DNA of 64,000 nucleotides. Source: Candidatus Obscuribacteraceae bacterium. Lineage in GTDB: Bacteria > Cyanobacteriota > Vampirovibrionia > Obscuribacterales > Obscuribacteraceae. The stretch's first letter is position 1. Every line of letters starts with the position of its first letter. The notes under the pieces are model-generated. The model was not told the origin of the DNA, did no database searches, and saw only the letters and a list, made by a program, of their open reading frames with translations. This document shows positions 11,161 through 20,955 of the stretch, piece after piece. The stretch is taken from the NCBI GenBank assembly GCA_044226015.1, contig JBGAHS010000010.1, positions 288,001-352,000 of the forward strand, in the 5' to 3' direction. The translations under genes were made by a program, and so were the position numbers.

Positions 11161-11424
11161 TGCAGTTGAATCTGCGTTTTAGTTGAATCTGTCTCATTGA
11201 TTCGACAAATCGCAAGTAACTTATCCTTCAGTTTTGTGTAGAGGAATCTGGGCAATACCTTCTGAGTTCCTGTATTTAAGTCAAAGCGCTCCGATAACTC
11301 TTGTTATGGTCAGAAGTAAAGTGCCAGAGATACTGAACTTTTGATGATTAGTTTCGTTCATTCAAATTAATCAGCAGACAATGGAAACAGATGTTCTGGT
11401 TTAGGCCACACAAAGGAGAGTTTC

Positions 11425-11934
11425 ATGAGCGAATTGGTTGTCATTGGATACGATGATGTGCATAAGGCAGAAGAGGTTCGCCTGACACTTATTAAGCTGC
11501 AGAAAGAGTATCTAATCGATTTAGAAGATGCTGTTATCGCAGTTAAAAAGCCTGATGGGAAGATCAAACTTCATCAGATGTGGGATGCCACCTCATATGG
11601 TGCTGTAAGCGGAACCTTCTGGGGCATGCTAATTGGTGCGTTGTTCTTGAGCCCATTTTTTGGAGCAGCGATTGGTGCTGCGTCTGGTGCTATTTCAGGT
11701 GCGTTGACAGACGTTGGAATCAATGACGATTTCATGAAACAACTTTCTGAAGCACTAAAACCGGGTAGCTCGGCTCTATTCGTTCTTATCAGAAAAGTGA
11801 CTCTGGATAAAGTTCTTGAAGAACTCAAAGGCACAGGCGGAACAGTAATAAAGACTTCTCTCAATCACGAAAATGAAGAGAAGTTGCAGGCTGCACTCAA
11901 CGAAGTGAAGAATACCGCAGTTTCTCCAGTATAA
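11425..11934 (+). CDS. DUF1269 family membrane protein
   Basis: LEDAV, Gly-rich hairpin GTFWGMLIG, DVGINDDF and PGSSALF motifs. AAGGAG SD. Confidence 0.88.
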   Translation: MSELVVIGYDDVHKAEEVRLTLIKLQKEYLIDLEDAVIAVKKPDGKIKLHQMWDATSYGAVSGTFWGMLIGALFLSPFFGAAIGAASGAISGALTDVGINDDFMKQLSEALKPGSSALFVLIRKVTLDKVLEELKGTGGTVIKTSLNHENEEKLQAALNEVKNTAVSPV

Positions 11935-11949
11935 GTTCGGAATGCAAAA

Positions 11950-11987
11950 GAGAACGAGGGGAAGCGGGCTGGCTTCCCCTCGTTTTC
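11950..11987. terminator. Probable bidirectional intrinsic terminator
   Basis: GAGAACGAGGGGAAGC / GCTTCCCCTCGTTTTC stem between convergent genes. Confidence 0.75.
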
Positions 11988-12060
11988 ATAAGAAATTTCA
12001 GAATCAAGCGAAGAGAGTCGTCGACGAATCATGCTGATTTGCATATTCGGAAATCGCTCT

Positions 12061-12537
12061 TTACTCCTCGCTATCAATTTCCTGAGCTGCAGGCGGAAAT
12101 TTTACAGGAATTGAAACCAGGGAGATTGATTCTTCCCCAAGCGAATATTCTACTTCCAAAACTGTGTCTTGCGCGTTTTCGAAATCCATGCACATGCATG
12201 TAGATTGCACCACAGCTGTTCCATGAGTTTGTCCGACCCGCATCTCGCATGGTGCCAAGTGTTTGCTTTCGTACCCGTATTCTGGGAAGCGTGTTATGCA
12301 AGTTATGTCCGACGATAGGCGCTCGGTGGCGTCGAAACGTTCCACATGCAAAGACAATCGTACATTCTCAAGTGCGTGAGCAAGATGGCTCTCTCTGCCA
12401 ATCACAGGTGTTAAAGTTGCCGCGAGTAGTTTAACAGCAATACCGTTTTGGTGAATGCTTAACGGACCATACCTGGTAGGGGTGTCTGGTGGCAATGGCT
12501 GAACTGATGATGCTTTGGTTGGCTTTGATTTCTTCAT
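12061..12537 (-). CDS. Hypothetical protein
   Basis: 158-aa ORF filling the gap before a terminator; no motif recognised. Confidence 0.55.
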   Translation of the reverse strand: MKKSKPTKASSVQPLPPDTPTRYGPLSIHQNGIAVKLLAATLTPVIGRESHLAHALENVRLSLHVERFDATERLSSDITCITRFPEYGYESKHLAPCEMRVGQTHGTAVVQSTCMCMDFENAQDTVLEVEYSLGEESISLVSIPVKFPPAAQEIDSEE

Positions 12538-12840
12538 ATGTCATGCTCTTCTAATTTATGCTCTACTTCAATGAGGCTAGTGTACCACTCCTCTTCTATT
12601 ACTCCCGGTCAATCCTCGCTTTCTGCGTGCCCTATCTATATGAAAGCAGCGATAATCCGTGGAAATTGATCGCAATAATTAGACCTCTGAGTATGCAGCA
12701 TCAGTTCGTTCACAGAATCTGAGCCCAGCTTGCGAAGTGAGTTTATTAAGATTCGTGAGTTTCGCAATCAAGGCAGGTCCTGCCGTAATAAAGGCTGCGA
12801 CCGACTGTTGGCCCGCGCGTTGAAGACTATCTTGTGATAG

Positions 12841-13788
12841 CTAGATTTTGTCGTAAGCCTCATCCACAGCATTCAAAAGTGCATTCAAAATGCCCGGCTC
12901 ATCATAGGCATGTCCTGCATCAGGAATGATTTGCATCTTCGCTTCCGGAAATGCCTTGTGAAGATCCCACGCGTTTTTGACAGGGCAAACTACATCGTAT
13001 CTTCCGTGAACTATCCACGTTGGAATTTTGCGAATCTTGTCCACATTCCGAATCAATTGATCTTCTGAGAACCAGCAATCGTGAATGAAATAGTGGCATT
13101 CAATTCTTGCCATAGCAAGCGCCTTCATGTCAGATTCGAATGAGCTGATGGTGTCAAGATCTGGTATCAGTTTGCATGTTGAACCTTCCCAGATGCTCCA
13201 AGCCTTTGCCGCTTCGAGCTTTTTCTTTTCGTCTTTTCCATCCAGAAGTTCGTAATACGCTTTCACCATTTCATGCCTGCGATCAACCGGAATTGGTTTG
13301 ATGTAATCTTCCCAAAAATCTGGAAATAGCAAATCGATTCCGCCCTGGTAGAACCATTCGATTTCCTCTGGACGACAGAGGAAGATGCCGCGCAAAATCA
13401 ATCCGCTAACGCTTTCCGGATGTGTTTCGGAATAGGCGAGCGCTAGCGTACTGCCCCAGGAGCCTCCGAACACCAGCCACTTCTCAATTTTGAGATGCTT
13501 TCGAAGCAACTCGAGATCATTGACGAGGTGCCATGTTGTGTTGTCTTGAAGCGATGCGTGCGGTGTGCTCTTTCCCGAACCTCGCTGATCAAGCAAAATG
13601 ATGCGATATTTTGTTGGATCGAATAAGCGTCTGTGTTTGACTGAGAAGCCACCTCCGGGTCCGCCATGCAAAAATACTACCGGCTTTCCTTGTGGATTTC
13701 CCACCTCTTCGACGTAGAGTTTGTGCGGTTCATCCACGGAAAGAAAAAATGTGTTGTAGGGCTCGATTTCCGGATAGAGATTTCTCAT
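12841..13788 (-). CDS. pip: Proline iminopeptidase
   Basis: LHGGPG, DQRGSGKS, GGSWGS, GRYDVVCP and AGH motifs. Confidence 0.96.
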   Translation of the reverse strand: MRNLYPEIEPYNTFFLSVDEPHKLYVEEVGNPQGKPVVFLHGGPGGGFSVKHRRLFDPTKYRIILLDQRGSGKSTPHASLQDNTTWHLVNDLELLRKHLKIEKWLVFGGSWGSTLALAYSETHPESVSGLILRGIFLCRPEEIEWFYQGGIDLLFPDFWEDYIKPIPVDRRHEMVKAYYELLDGKDEKKKLEAAKAWSIWEGSTCKLIPDLDTISSFESDMKALAMARIECHYFIHDCWFSEDQLIRNVDKIRKIPTWIVHGRYDVVCPVKNAWDLHKAFPEAKMQIIPDAGHAYDEPGILNALLNAVDEAYDKI

Positions 13789-13913
13789 TTCGATGGGGCT
13801 TCCTCATGATTTCATCTGCAATGTCGGCGACTAGTATAGCGCAGGAGATTGCAGCTTTTGGAACCGCTCGAGCTCAGTTGCGTCTTCAAGAGCACAAATT
13901 GGAGGAATCAACA

Positions 13914-14204
13914 ATGAAAAAGCTAGCAATCAGCGCCTTCGCATTGCTTAGCATGATGATGACGTGCAGTAATGCAGCGCTTGCAGGTTTCGATTGGAAG
14001 GAAGGCTACACAAGAATTAGCCGAGGTACTGCTCACCGAATTGCTTTGACACAAGCGCACGGTTACATCAAAAACTCTGACCTCGATATGAGAGACGGAA
14101 GACCTCGTTGGAAAGTACAGGTTCGTGGTGCTTTCGGCGAAGACAGCGATGTGTTCATAGATGCAATGACCGGAGCTATCATCGGTGTGAAGTATAAGGG
14201 CTAA
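13914..14204 (+). CDS. Small secreted PepSY-domain protein
   Basis: GGAGG SD before ATG 13914, signal peptide, AHRIAL...VFIDAMTGAII PepSY pattern. Confidence 0.8.
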   Translation: MKKLAISAFALLSMMMTCSNAALAGFDWKEGYTRISRGTAHRIALTQAHGYIKNSDLDMRDGRPRWKVQVRGAFGEDSDVFIDAMTGAIIGVKYKG

Positions 14205-14239
14205 GTTCCCTGCGTTGCACCTGAATTCAATAAGAAAGA

Positions 14240-14279
14240 AGAGGGACAAGCTTTAGCTTGCCCCTCTCGTGTTTTGTTT
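14240..14279. terminator. Probable bidirectional terminator
   Basis: AGAGGGACAAGCT / AGCTTGCCCCTCT stem with A-rich and T-rich flanks, between convergent genes. Confidence 0.65.
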
Positions 14280-14303
14280 ATTTGAGCCAGGCGCTCGGTC
14301 TGG

Positions 14304-15299
14304 CTATCCGTCCTGATTTATTTTTTCGATCAGTTCTTTCAACACTTCGTCAGCCTTGTCATTTTCAATCTGGCAAGTTCCTGCTTTTTCGTGTCCACCT
14401 CCGCCATACTTGAGACAGAGTTCACCTACGTTGGTCTTAGAACCACGATCAATAATGGATTTTCCGATTGCAAACACTGTGTTTTGTTGCTTAAGTCCCC
14501 ACAAAATGTGAATCGAAATATTGCACTCTGGATGCATCGCGTAAATCATGAAGCGGTTGCCGGCATGAATTACTTCTTCATTTTTCAAGTTCAAGATGAT
14601 CAGATTCTTGTGAATCGTGGAGCAACGCTCGACTTGTTCTTTGAAGAGTTCTGCCTGCTGGGTATACAACTCCACACGCTCTTGTACGTCAGGCATCTTC
14701 ATGATTTCATCAATGTCGTGGTCCTTACAGTAATCGATAAGGTCCATCATCAAATTGTAGTTAGAGATTCTGAAATTGCGGAAGCGACCGAGACCAGTGC
14801 GTGGGTCCATCAAATAATTCAGTAGAACCCATCCCTGAGGATTCAAAATCTCATCCTTGCTGAATTGCGCCGCGTCAGCTTTATCGACTTCTTCCATCAT
14901 CAGGTTCCAGCGTGCTGGAAAGGTTTTCAGCCCACCATAGTAGTCGTAAACAACTCGAGCAGCCGACATCGCTTCTGGATGAATTATGTGATTTGATTTC
15001 TGGTCTTTGTTTCGGATGGTTTCGCTGAGATGGTGGTCGAAAGCCAGGTGCACCCCATCGACGTAAGGAAGGTTTGTTGTGATGTCTCGGTCTGATATCT
15101 GAATTTTCCCGTCCTGCATATCTTTCGGGTGAACGAAGAGAATGTCATCAATCATGTCCATGTGCTTCAATAGGACTGCACAGACTAATCCGTCAAAGTC
15201 GCTACGTGTGACCAAACGATACTTTGTGGCACTTTTCACGGCTTCCGGTGTTTGATTTAAGCTCGTCATTGCTTCGATTTGCCTCTTTCCTCGGGACAT
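14304..15299 (-). CDS. DHH-family phosphoesterase (exopolyphosphatase-like/NrnB-like)
   Basis: RSDFDG, FDHH and GGGGH motifs. Start may be 15269. Confidence 0.85.
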   Translation of the reverse strand: MSRGKRQIEAMTSLNQTPEAVKSATKYRLVTRSDFDGLVCAVLLKHMDMIDDILFVHPKDMQDGKIQISDRDITTNLPYVDGVHLAFDHHLSETIRNKDQKSNHIIHPEAMSAARVVYDYYGGLKTFPARWNLMMEEVDKADAAQFSKDEILNPQGWVLLNYLMDPRTGLGRFRNFRISNYNLMMDLIDYCKDHDIDEIMKMPDVQERVELYTQQAELFKEQVERCSTIHKNLIILNLKNEEVIHAGNRFMIYAMHPECNISIHILWGLKQQNTVFAIGKSIIDRGSKTNVGELCLKYGGGGHEKAGTCQIENDKADEVLKELIEKINQDG

Positions 15300-15407
15300 C
15301 TCATATAGTGTGCCCGGCGGAAAAGACTTTTTCTCGTCTGCCTCGAAAACTTGTAATGAATTTGTGCCAGCCTCTCGGGCGGTTTCAATAGCCTGTAGCA
15401 GCGGTTT

Positions 15408-15890
15408 CTAGAGTCCCCAGGCAATCCATGAATCCGGGAAAGTCTTGTTCATCAGCCGCATATAGACTACCCATTGTCCATGATGCAAGGTTTCGTGCGC
15501 CACAAGCCGCATCATATGCTCGAAAACATTGACCTTTTCACCAAACCAGTCCATATCGTCGGTCCAATCGAGCTTGTCCAGAGATTCGAAAAGGGAATCG
15601 TCGAGTCTGCGAAGGTAAGCCTGCAGCCATTTTTTAGATGGACCCTGGTCGTAACTTTTGCCTTCAGGAGAAAAGTCGACTATTCCCGTGTTCAATGCCT
15701 CGATGTAACATTCTTGAACCCTGCCGACGTGCCTGAATTGCTTCCAGAAAGCCCCAAGTTGAGGACCTGGCAAAAAGAGCAAATCAGAGCTGCTCATTTC
15801 CTCAAGCAAGTCTAGCGTGAGCCCTCGAGAGAATTTCCAGGCAGAACCAAATGTAAGTGCATGGTTGAACTCAGTCGAATTCATCGCCAT
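15408..15890 (-). CDS. DinB/YfiT family protein
   Basis: QFRH and HETLHHGQ metal-binding His pattern. AAAGG SD. Confidence 0.85.
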   Translation of the reverse strand: MAMNSTEFNHALTFGSAWKFSRGLTLDLLEEMSSSDLLFLPGPQLGAFWKQFRHVGRVQECYIEALNTGIVDFSPEGKSYDQGPSKKWLQAYLRRLDDSLFESLDKLDWTDDMDWFGEKVNVFEHMMRLVAHETLHHGQWVVYMRLMNKTFPDSWIAWGL

Positions 15891-15918
15891 TCCTTTGCGA
15901 CGCTAGAGCGTTGCCTGT

Positions 15919-16728
15919 CTAGATTGCTTTGATTCTGGTGCGAAGAAGACGATTTAGTTCGGCTTGAACCTCGCCTTCGAGGCGCTTAGAGAGCGATAGT
16001 GCTGTTTCATATCGCTCGTTGCGGCTTTCTACCTTTTCGTAGTCAACTGCTTTCAGAATTCGCATTTTCCAATTGCCTGGCAATGACGCCATGTTAAGTG
16101 GGAAAGGAAGCAACGGCATGAAAGGAGTGATTGGAAAAGCTGGCAGGTCGAGCATTTTCGCTACACCATCAAGGTTGGCAATAATGGGGAATGACTCATC
16201 ACAGCCCAGAGTAGCCATTGGAAATATTTTTACGTTTTCTTCGATTGAGGGCAGCACTCGGGTCCAGTCGAATTCTCTGAGTCTGTAGCGCTCGGAGAAG
16301 GGCTTGATGGCTCCCTGTACGCCTTCGGGGAAGATTGCAACTAATTCGCCTTGAGCAAAAAGCTTCTTAGCGTTATCTGCGGACCATGGAACGAAGCCGA
16401 GTTCGCGAGCCAGGTGATGCAACCTCTCGTCTTCAATCCAGCCCATTTCACACATGATATTGAGTCGACGCGGCGCTGATTGTCTGTTCATCAGAGCGTA
16501 GGCGAGCATGATTCCTGACCACGGTAAAATACCGGCGGTGTTTCCGACGATAAGACCTGGACCTTCTTTTGGGATTCTGTCTAGCCCGTCACAAGTGACG
16601 CTCCACCAGTTTTTGTAGAGAAAGCTCAGCCATGGCTCGAGTTGTGCCATAGTTTTGAGGCTTGAGCCAAACTGCGTTGCCTTGCGGGCCGCTTTTATGT
16701 ATGACTTATATGTTTCTGAAAAACTCAT
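15919..16728 (-). CDS. Lysophospholipid acyltransferase-like protein with degenerate catalytic motif
   Basis: GLDRIP and FPEG motifs, but GNTAGILPWSG in place of NH..D. ATG begins 1 nt after the upstream stop. Confidence 0.85.
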   Translation of the reverse strand: MSFSETYKSYIKAARKATQFGSSLKTMAQLEPWLSFLYKNWWSVTCDGLDRIPKEGPGLIVGNTAGILPWSGIMLAYALMNRQSAPRRLNIMCEMGWIEDERLHHLARELGFVPWSADNAKKLFAQGELVAIFPEGVQGAIKPFSERYRLREFDWTRVLPSIEENVKIFPMATLGCDESFPIIANLDGVAKMLDLPAFPITPFMPLLPFPLNMASLPGNWKMRILKAVDYEKVESRNERYETALSLSKRLEGEVQAELNRLLRTRIKAI

Positions 16729-16729
16729 T

Positions 16730-17608
16730 TTAATCACCATCCCATCCTGCAAACGCAGACTTTCGTTCGCGTAGCAGTTCATTAAGGTCTTTTTGTATCT
16801 GATACTGAATGTCTCTAGCTATGCGCAGAGTCAGCTTTCTGTCGCTTGCTTTTTCTGGAGGGTAGTCCAGTTTGATAGGCTCATGCACTTTCATCAACCA
16901 TCTGACTGGCAGCGGAATGAACATCATTGGAGTGGGCAGCCAGGGGAAAGCCGGAGTGATTGGGAAGAATGGCATCTTCAGCAACTGCGCGAGACTCTTG
17001 CAATTGGCAAAATTTGGGTATATCTCGTCACCACCAACGGTGGCAATCGGAACCAGTGGTGTCTGTGTCTGAATCGCTAACTGTACAAACCCTGGGTTGA
17101 AATCGTGAACGCGATAACGCTCTGCAAATGTCTTTCCTACGCCTCTGATACCTTCGGGATAAATGCCGACGATTTCGTCAGCATCTAGCAACTTGATGGC
17201 ATTTTCTTTGCTGGCGCGAACCTGTCCGGTTTCCATCGCCCATTCTCTGAGTCCTGGCGTGCTGAAAAACCAGTCGGTAGCCAAAAAGCGTATTCGACGG
17301 GGACGCTCGTGTGATGTACACATCAGAGACGTTAGCAGTCCGCCATCCATCGGCAGCAACCCAGAGTGGTTTCCGCAGAGAATGACTCTGCCTTCGTTGG
17401 GAATGTTTTCGAGACCCTTGATCCTCATCTTGAAGTATTCTTCGTTGAGAAAGCGGAAATAGCGTTCCCAACGGGCGAATGTCTCGAATTTAAAGCCGAA
17501 TTCATCCTCGACTCCAGCATAAAGCTTGTAAAAGTCGGGATTGCGCTTCGACAACTCCTCAAGGGCGTCAGCCGGCTTTAGCGCTTGAATAGTCGACCAA
17601 TAATCCAC
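16730..17608 (-). CDS. Lysophospholipid/DGAT2-like acyltransferase
   Basis: DEFG, GLENIP, NHSGLLPMDG and YPEG motifs. GTG start with GGGGG upstream. Confidence 0.9.
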   Translation of the reverse strand: MDYWSTIQALKPADALEELSKRNPDFYKLYAGVEDEFGFKFETFARWERYFRFLNEEYFKMRIKGLENIPNEGRVILCGNHSGLLPMDGGLLTSLMCTSHERPRRIRFLATDWFFSTPGLREWAMETGQVRASKENAIKLLDADEIVGIYPEGIRGVGKTFAERYRVHDFNPGFVQLAIQTQTPLVPIATVGGDEIYPNFANCKSLAQLLKMPFFPITPAFPWLPTPMMFIPLPVRWLMKVHEPIKLDYPPEKASDRKLTLRIARDIQYQIQKDLNELLRERKSAFAGWDGD

Positions 17609-17754
17609 AAAACCCCCAGGACGCCAGGTCCGAAACAGATGAATACAACTAGTTTTTTGAGCATGGCGCGTATGAATTCGCCTGCATGGTTTGAAGTTTC
17701 GACTTCGTCTTCGAATGTGCTTGAGGTGTCGTTGCTGGTTTCGTTGTCTTGCAT
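17578..17754 (-). CDS. 58-aa single-pass membrane microprotein (not in the ORF track)
   Basis: Hand translation: MQDNETSNDTSSTFEDEVETSNHAGEFIRAMLKKLVVFICFGPGVLGVLWIIGRLFKR*. GAGAG upstream; overlaps the next gene's start by 31 nt. Confidence 0.65.
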   Translation of the reverse strand: MQDNETSNDTSSTFEDEVETSNHAGEFIRAMLKKLVVFICFGPGVLGVLWIIGRLFKR

Positions 17755-17994
17755 ATCTCTCTACCGGTGGTACGTACGCGACACTACCAGTATAAGCGCG
17801 GACGCAGCCTATATATATGCTTGATTAACAAATCGATAAGCAACGACTATGCTCTGAGAATGGCTGTTTTGTGGCGTTTTCAGAGTAGTTTTGACCCACT
17901 TATAAAACTTTAAGGACATTCAAATCGTCACTAAAGAGGCGTCTCAGGCTCGGCGCTATGAGATAATTTTCCTCTCTCAGGAGGAGCAAAGATA

Positions 17995-18327
17995 ATGTCA
18001 CAACCAGATTTCTCAAAAATGATGCGAGATGCTCAAAGTTCGATTCTGAAAATGAAGCAGGATATGGACAAGATGCAGTCAGAACTCGCTGCCGTAATCA
18101 TCGAAGGCACCGCAGGTGGTGGCGCCGTTAAAGTGATTTGCAATGGCAATCAGGAGTACAAGTCTGTCAAAATCAAGAAAGAAGCTATCGATCCAAACGA
18201 CCCTGAAACTCTGGAAGACCTCGTACTTGCTGCCATTAAAGATGCTTCTACCAAAGCTCAAGCATTGATGCAGCAAAGAGCTGGTGCGCTCACCGCTGGC
18301 ATGAATTTGCCACCAGGTTTGATCTAA
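17995..18327 (+). CDS. ybaB: YbaB/EbfC nucleoid-associated protein
   Basis: GTAGGGAVKV and DPETLEDLVLAA motifs; directly upstream of recR; GGAGG SD. Confidence 0.95.
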   Translation: MSQPDFSKMMRDAQSSILKMKQDMDKMQSELAAVIIEGTAGGGAVKVICNGNQEYKSVKIKKEAIDPNDPETLEDLVLAAIKDASTKAQALMQQRAGALTAGMNLPPGLI

Positions 18328-18363
18328 TCAGCGCGAAAGTTTTCGGAAGAGACTCGACTATAG

Positions 18364-18960
18364 ATGTTTTTTACTCGCCCGTTAGCAAAGCTCATTGAGG
18401 AGTTTCAAAAGTTTCCGGGCGTAGGTCCGAAGTCGGCACAGAGAATGGCATTCTTTGTGCTCGACTTAAGCGCTGAAGAAGTCCATGACCTTGCGCAGAC
18501 TATTCTGGAAGCTAAAGAGAAAGTCAAACACTGCAGTGTTTGTTTCCACTTAAGTGCGCAAAATCCTTGCGAAATTTGTGCTGACGACAGGCGCGATCGC
18601 AGCACCATTTGTGTGGTGTCTGATGCTCGAGATGTCATCGCGCTTGAACGAACTCGTGAGTTCAAAGGCTCATATCACGTTTTGACTGGGTTGATTTCCC
18701 CTATGGAAGGACGCGGACCTGACCAACTGAGCATTCGCGAGTTGATTCAGAGGCTGCAAGCTGGGGGCGTCAAGGAAGTGATTCTAGCGATAAATCCAAC
18801 AGTCGAAGGAGACGCTACAGTCCTTTATTTGACGCAGCTTCTCAAGCCTAGCGGAGTAAGAGTTAGCCGTATCGCTTTCGGTTTACCCATGGGGGCTGAC
18901 CTGGAGTATGCCGACGACGTCACGCTATCCAAAGCAATGGAAGGTCGTCGCGAAATTTAG
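18364..18960 (+). CDS. recR: Recombination mediator RecR
   Basis: [11 protein letters not shown]hH, C4 zinc finger and Toprim NPTVEGDAT. Confidence 0.97.
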   Translation: MFFTRPLAKLIEEFQKFPGVGPKSAQRMAFFVLDLSAEEVHDLAQTILEAKEKVKHCSVCFHLSAQNPCEICADDRRDRSTICVVSDARDVIALERTREFKGSYHVLTGLISPMEGRGPDQLSIRELIQRLQAGGVKEVILAINPTVEGDATVLYLTQLLKPSGVRVSRIAFGLPMGADLEYADDVTLSKAMEGRREI

Positions 18961-19041
18961 TTTCGAACATTCAATTCTGGTTTGAGGTTCGAGTGAATTT
19001 ATCCGTCTGAATCTAGTTGCTGCAACTGGTTTCTGGCAAGC

Positions 19042-20739
19042 CTAGTCTGGGCTCGGAATCGACGTCAGATTTTGGTTTGTCTCAAAGTCAGTTAGCATCT
19101 CATCTGCTTTGGCTGTGGCTCCAAGATTGCGGAGAACTTCAGCATAGTCGTTTACTGCCTCGGGCATCATTCCCCCCGGGTACTTTCCCCACTTGCTGAA
19201 TATGCGCAGCGATTCTCGATAAGGTGCCACAGCTTCCTTGAACTTACCCAACTTTAAATAGCATTTGCCGAGGTGTGAGTAATTCTCAGCTAGATAGCTG
19301 TCTTCGCGGCCTGCCCCAACGTTTCTTCTACCATTTTCTTTGTATGTTTTGATACCAAACTCAAGCAAAGGAATGGCCTGCTCATACTTGCCTTTAACGA
19401 AATAGGTGTAAGAGAGCTGATCAAGCCGTTCCGCATCTTTGTAGGGATTGACCGGCGCTGGAGTTGCGTTTTGTTGTGCTGGAACGGCTGGGGGAGCTGA
19501 ATTCATTACCTTATAAATGGTCGCGAAAAAAGTCGCTAATAAAATTCCCAACAGTCCATATGTCACCACTTGTGTTTTGGGCGACGAAAAGGCTTTCTCA
19601 GATTTTTTCTTTCTTTGTGTAGAACGCTGCTGGGTGGGCGATGAAAGAGCTTCATTGTCGCGCAAGCATTCGAGGTCTTTCTTGAGTTCTCTTGCATTTT
19701 GATAGCGGTCTTTCACGTCTTTTCGCAGGCAAGCTTCCACGACGCGGTCGAGGTCTTTGTTGATGTAATCTGCTGGATGAATAAGCGAGGGTGCCTTGGC
19801 TTCTGTTGTGACGATCTTTATTATGGTGTCAACAAAATTCTTGCCTTCGAATGGATGCTGTCCTGTTAGGGTTTTGTACATGACGCAACCGAGCGAATAG
19901 ATGTCGGTACGTGCATCTAAGTCCAGTCCCTTACACTGCTCGGGTGACATGTACATTGGGCTGCCGAAGAGGTCTCCGGTTTGAGTTATGTCTCCTGTAA
20001 GGTCAATTGTTTGATTGGGCAGAACTTTGGCGATTCCGAAGTCGAATAGTTTGGCGTAGTCGATGCCGTTTTTTGTGCTGACCATTATGTTGCTGGGCTT
20101 TATGTCTCGATGGATAAGCCCATTGTTATGGGTGTGTTCAAGCGCCTCGCAAATCTGAATGAATATGTCGATTGCCTGTCTCTGCGACAATCGATTTTGT
20201 GCCTTTAGCATTTGGTCTAGAGTTTTGCCTTCCAGCAAATCCATCACCAGAAACGGGGTGTCATCTTTTCCAATGCCGTACTCATAGACTGCTGCAAGAT
20301 GTGCGTGGGTAAGCATCATCGCTGCTTTTGCTTCTTGTTCGAAGCGCTTTACCGAGCTTTTGTCATCGATTAGCTGGGGGTTGAGCAATTTCACAGCAAA
20401 TGTCTTGTCACTGGCTTTTTCTTTCGCCTTCACGACGGTGCCCATTCCGCCTTGCCCGAGAATTTCCATTACCTGAAAGCGTTCGTCCAGAATGCTCTGT
20501 GCTTCTTCAATAGAAAATGATAGTTTCGCTTTTGACAGTTTTGTTTCTCTTTCGCCGCTTGTTTGTGATGAGTCGACGCCGTCGGGACTTGTTTGCGTCA
20601 GCCTGCACTGGCAGCGGCTGCTGTCAGCCAGATAGCGAGTCACGTCGGTTCTGGCTTTCTCGCCAGCGATCGGCAATCCACAGTCTGCGCAGATCAGTTG
20701 AGCTACATCTGTTTCGGTTTTAAGTTCTTTCTTTTGCAT
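19042..20739 (-). CDS. Hanks-type Ser/Thr kinase with N-terminal Cys cluster, TM and short TPR region
   Basis: GQGGMG, AVK, HRDIKPSN, DFG and GSPMYMSPEQ motifs; N-terminal CADC...CQC. Confidence 0.95.
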   Translation of the reverse strand: MQKKELKTETDVAQLICADCGLPIAGEKARTDVTRYLADSSRCQCRLTQTSPDGVDSSQTSGERETKLSKAKLSFSIEEAQSILDERFQVMEILGQGGMGTVVKAKEKASDKTFAVKLLNPQLIDDKSSVKRFEQEAKAAMMLTHAHLAAVYEYGIGKDDTPFLVMDLLEGKTLDQMLKAQNRLSQRQAIDIFIQICEALEHTHNNGLIHRDIKPSNIMVSTKNGIDYAKLFDFGIAKVLPNQTIDLTGDITQTGDLFGSPMYMSPEQCKGLDLDARTDIYSLGCVMYKTLTGQHPFEGKNFVDTIIKIVTTEAKAPSLIHPADYINKDLDRVVEACLRKDVKDRYQNARELKKDLECLRDNEALSSPTQQRSTQRKKKSEKAFSSPKTQVVTYGLLGILLATFFATIYKVMNSAPPAVPAQQNATPAPVNPYKDAERLDQLSYTYFVKGKYEQAIPLLEFGIKTYKENGRRNVGAGREDSYLAENYSHLGKCYLKLGKFKEAVAPYRESLRIFSKWGKYPGGMMPEAVNDYAEVLRNLGATAKADEMLTDFETNQNLTSIPSPD

Positions 20740-20869
20740 AGAGGAGTTATGCCCGAATTAGCTCTGCGAACATACCCACACTTGTTTATTTGAACATTGA
20801 GAGAAATGAAAATTTTGGATTCTCTCCTGAGCTTCGGATAGGAGCGGATTACTGATCTGGATCTGATCG

Positions 20870-20951
20870 TGATCAGTTCTAATTTGCTTTTGATTGCTTC
20901 TAATCTGCTTCAGATTGGTTCTGATCTGCTTTGATTGGTTCGGATCTGCTT
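20870..20951. repeat. Four tandem degenerate 20-21 bp repeats
   Basis: tgatcagttctaatttgcttt / tgattgcttctaatctgcttc / agattggttctgatctgctt / tgattggttcggatctgctt. Confidence 0.85.
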
Positions 20952-20955
20952 GTAA

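Noticed and set aside
13692..13913. N-terminal extension of the PepSY ORF
   Set aside because: Overlaps pip antisense; ATG 13914 has a strong SD and begins a signal peptide.
17585..17824. 79-aa plus-strand ORF in the track
   Set aside because: Antisense to the better-supported 58-aa minus-strand ORF; no SD or motif.
18593..18600. HIP1 (GCGATCGC) over-representation
   Set aside because: Only isolated copies noticed by eye (here and near 36398); not visibly enriched, though not counted exhaustively.
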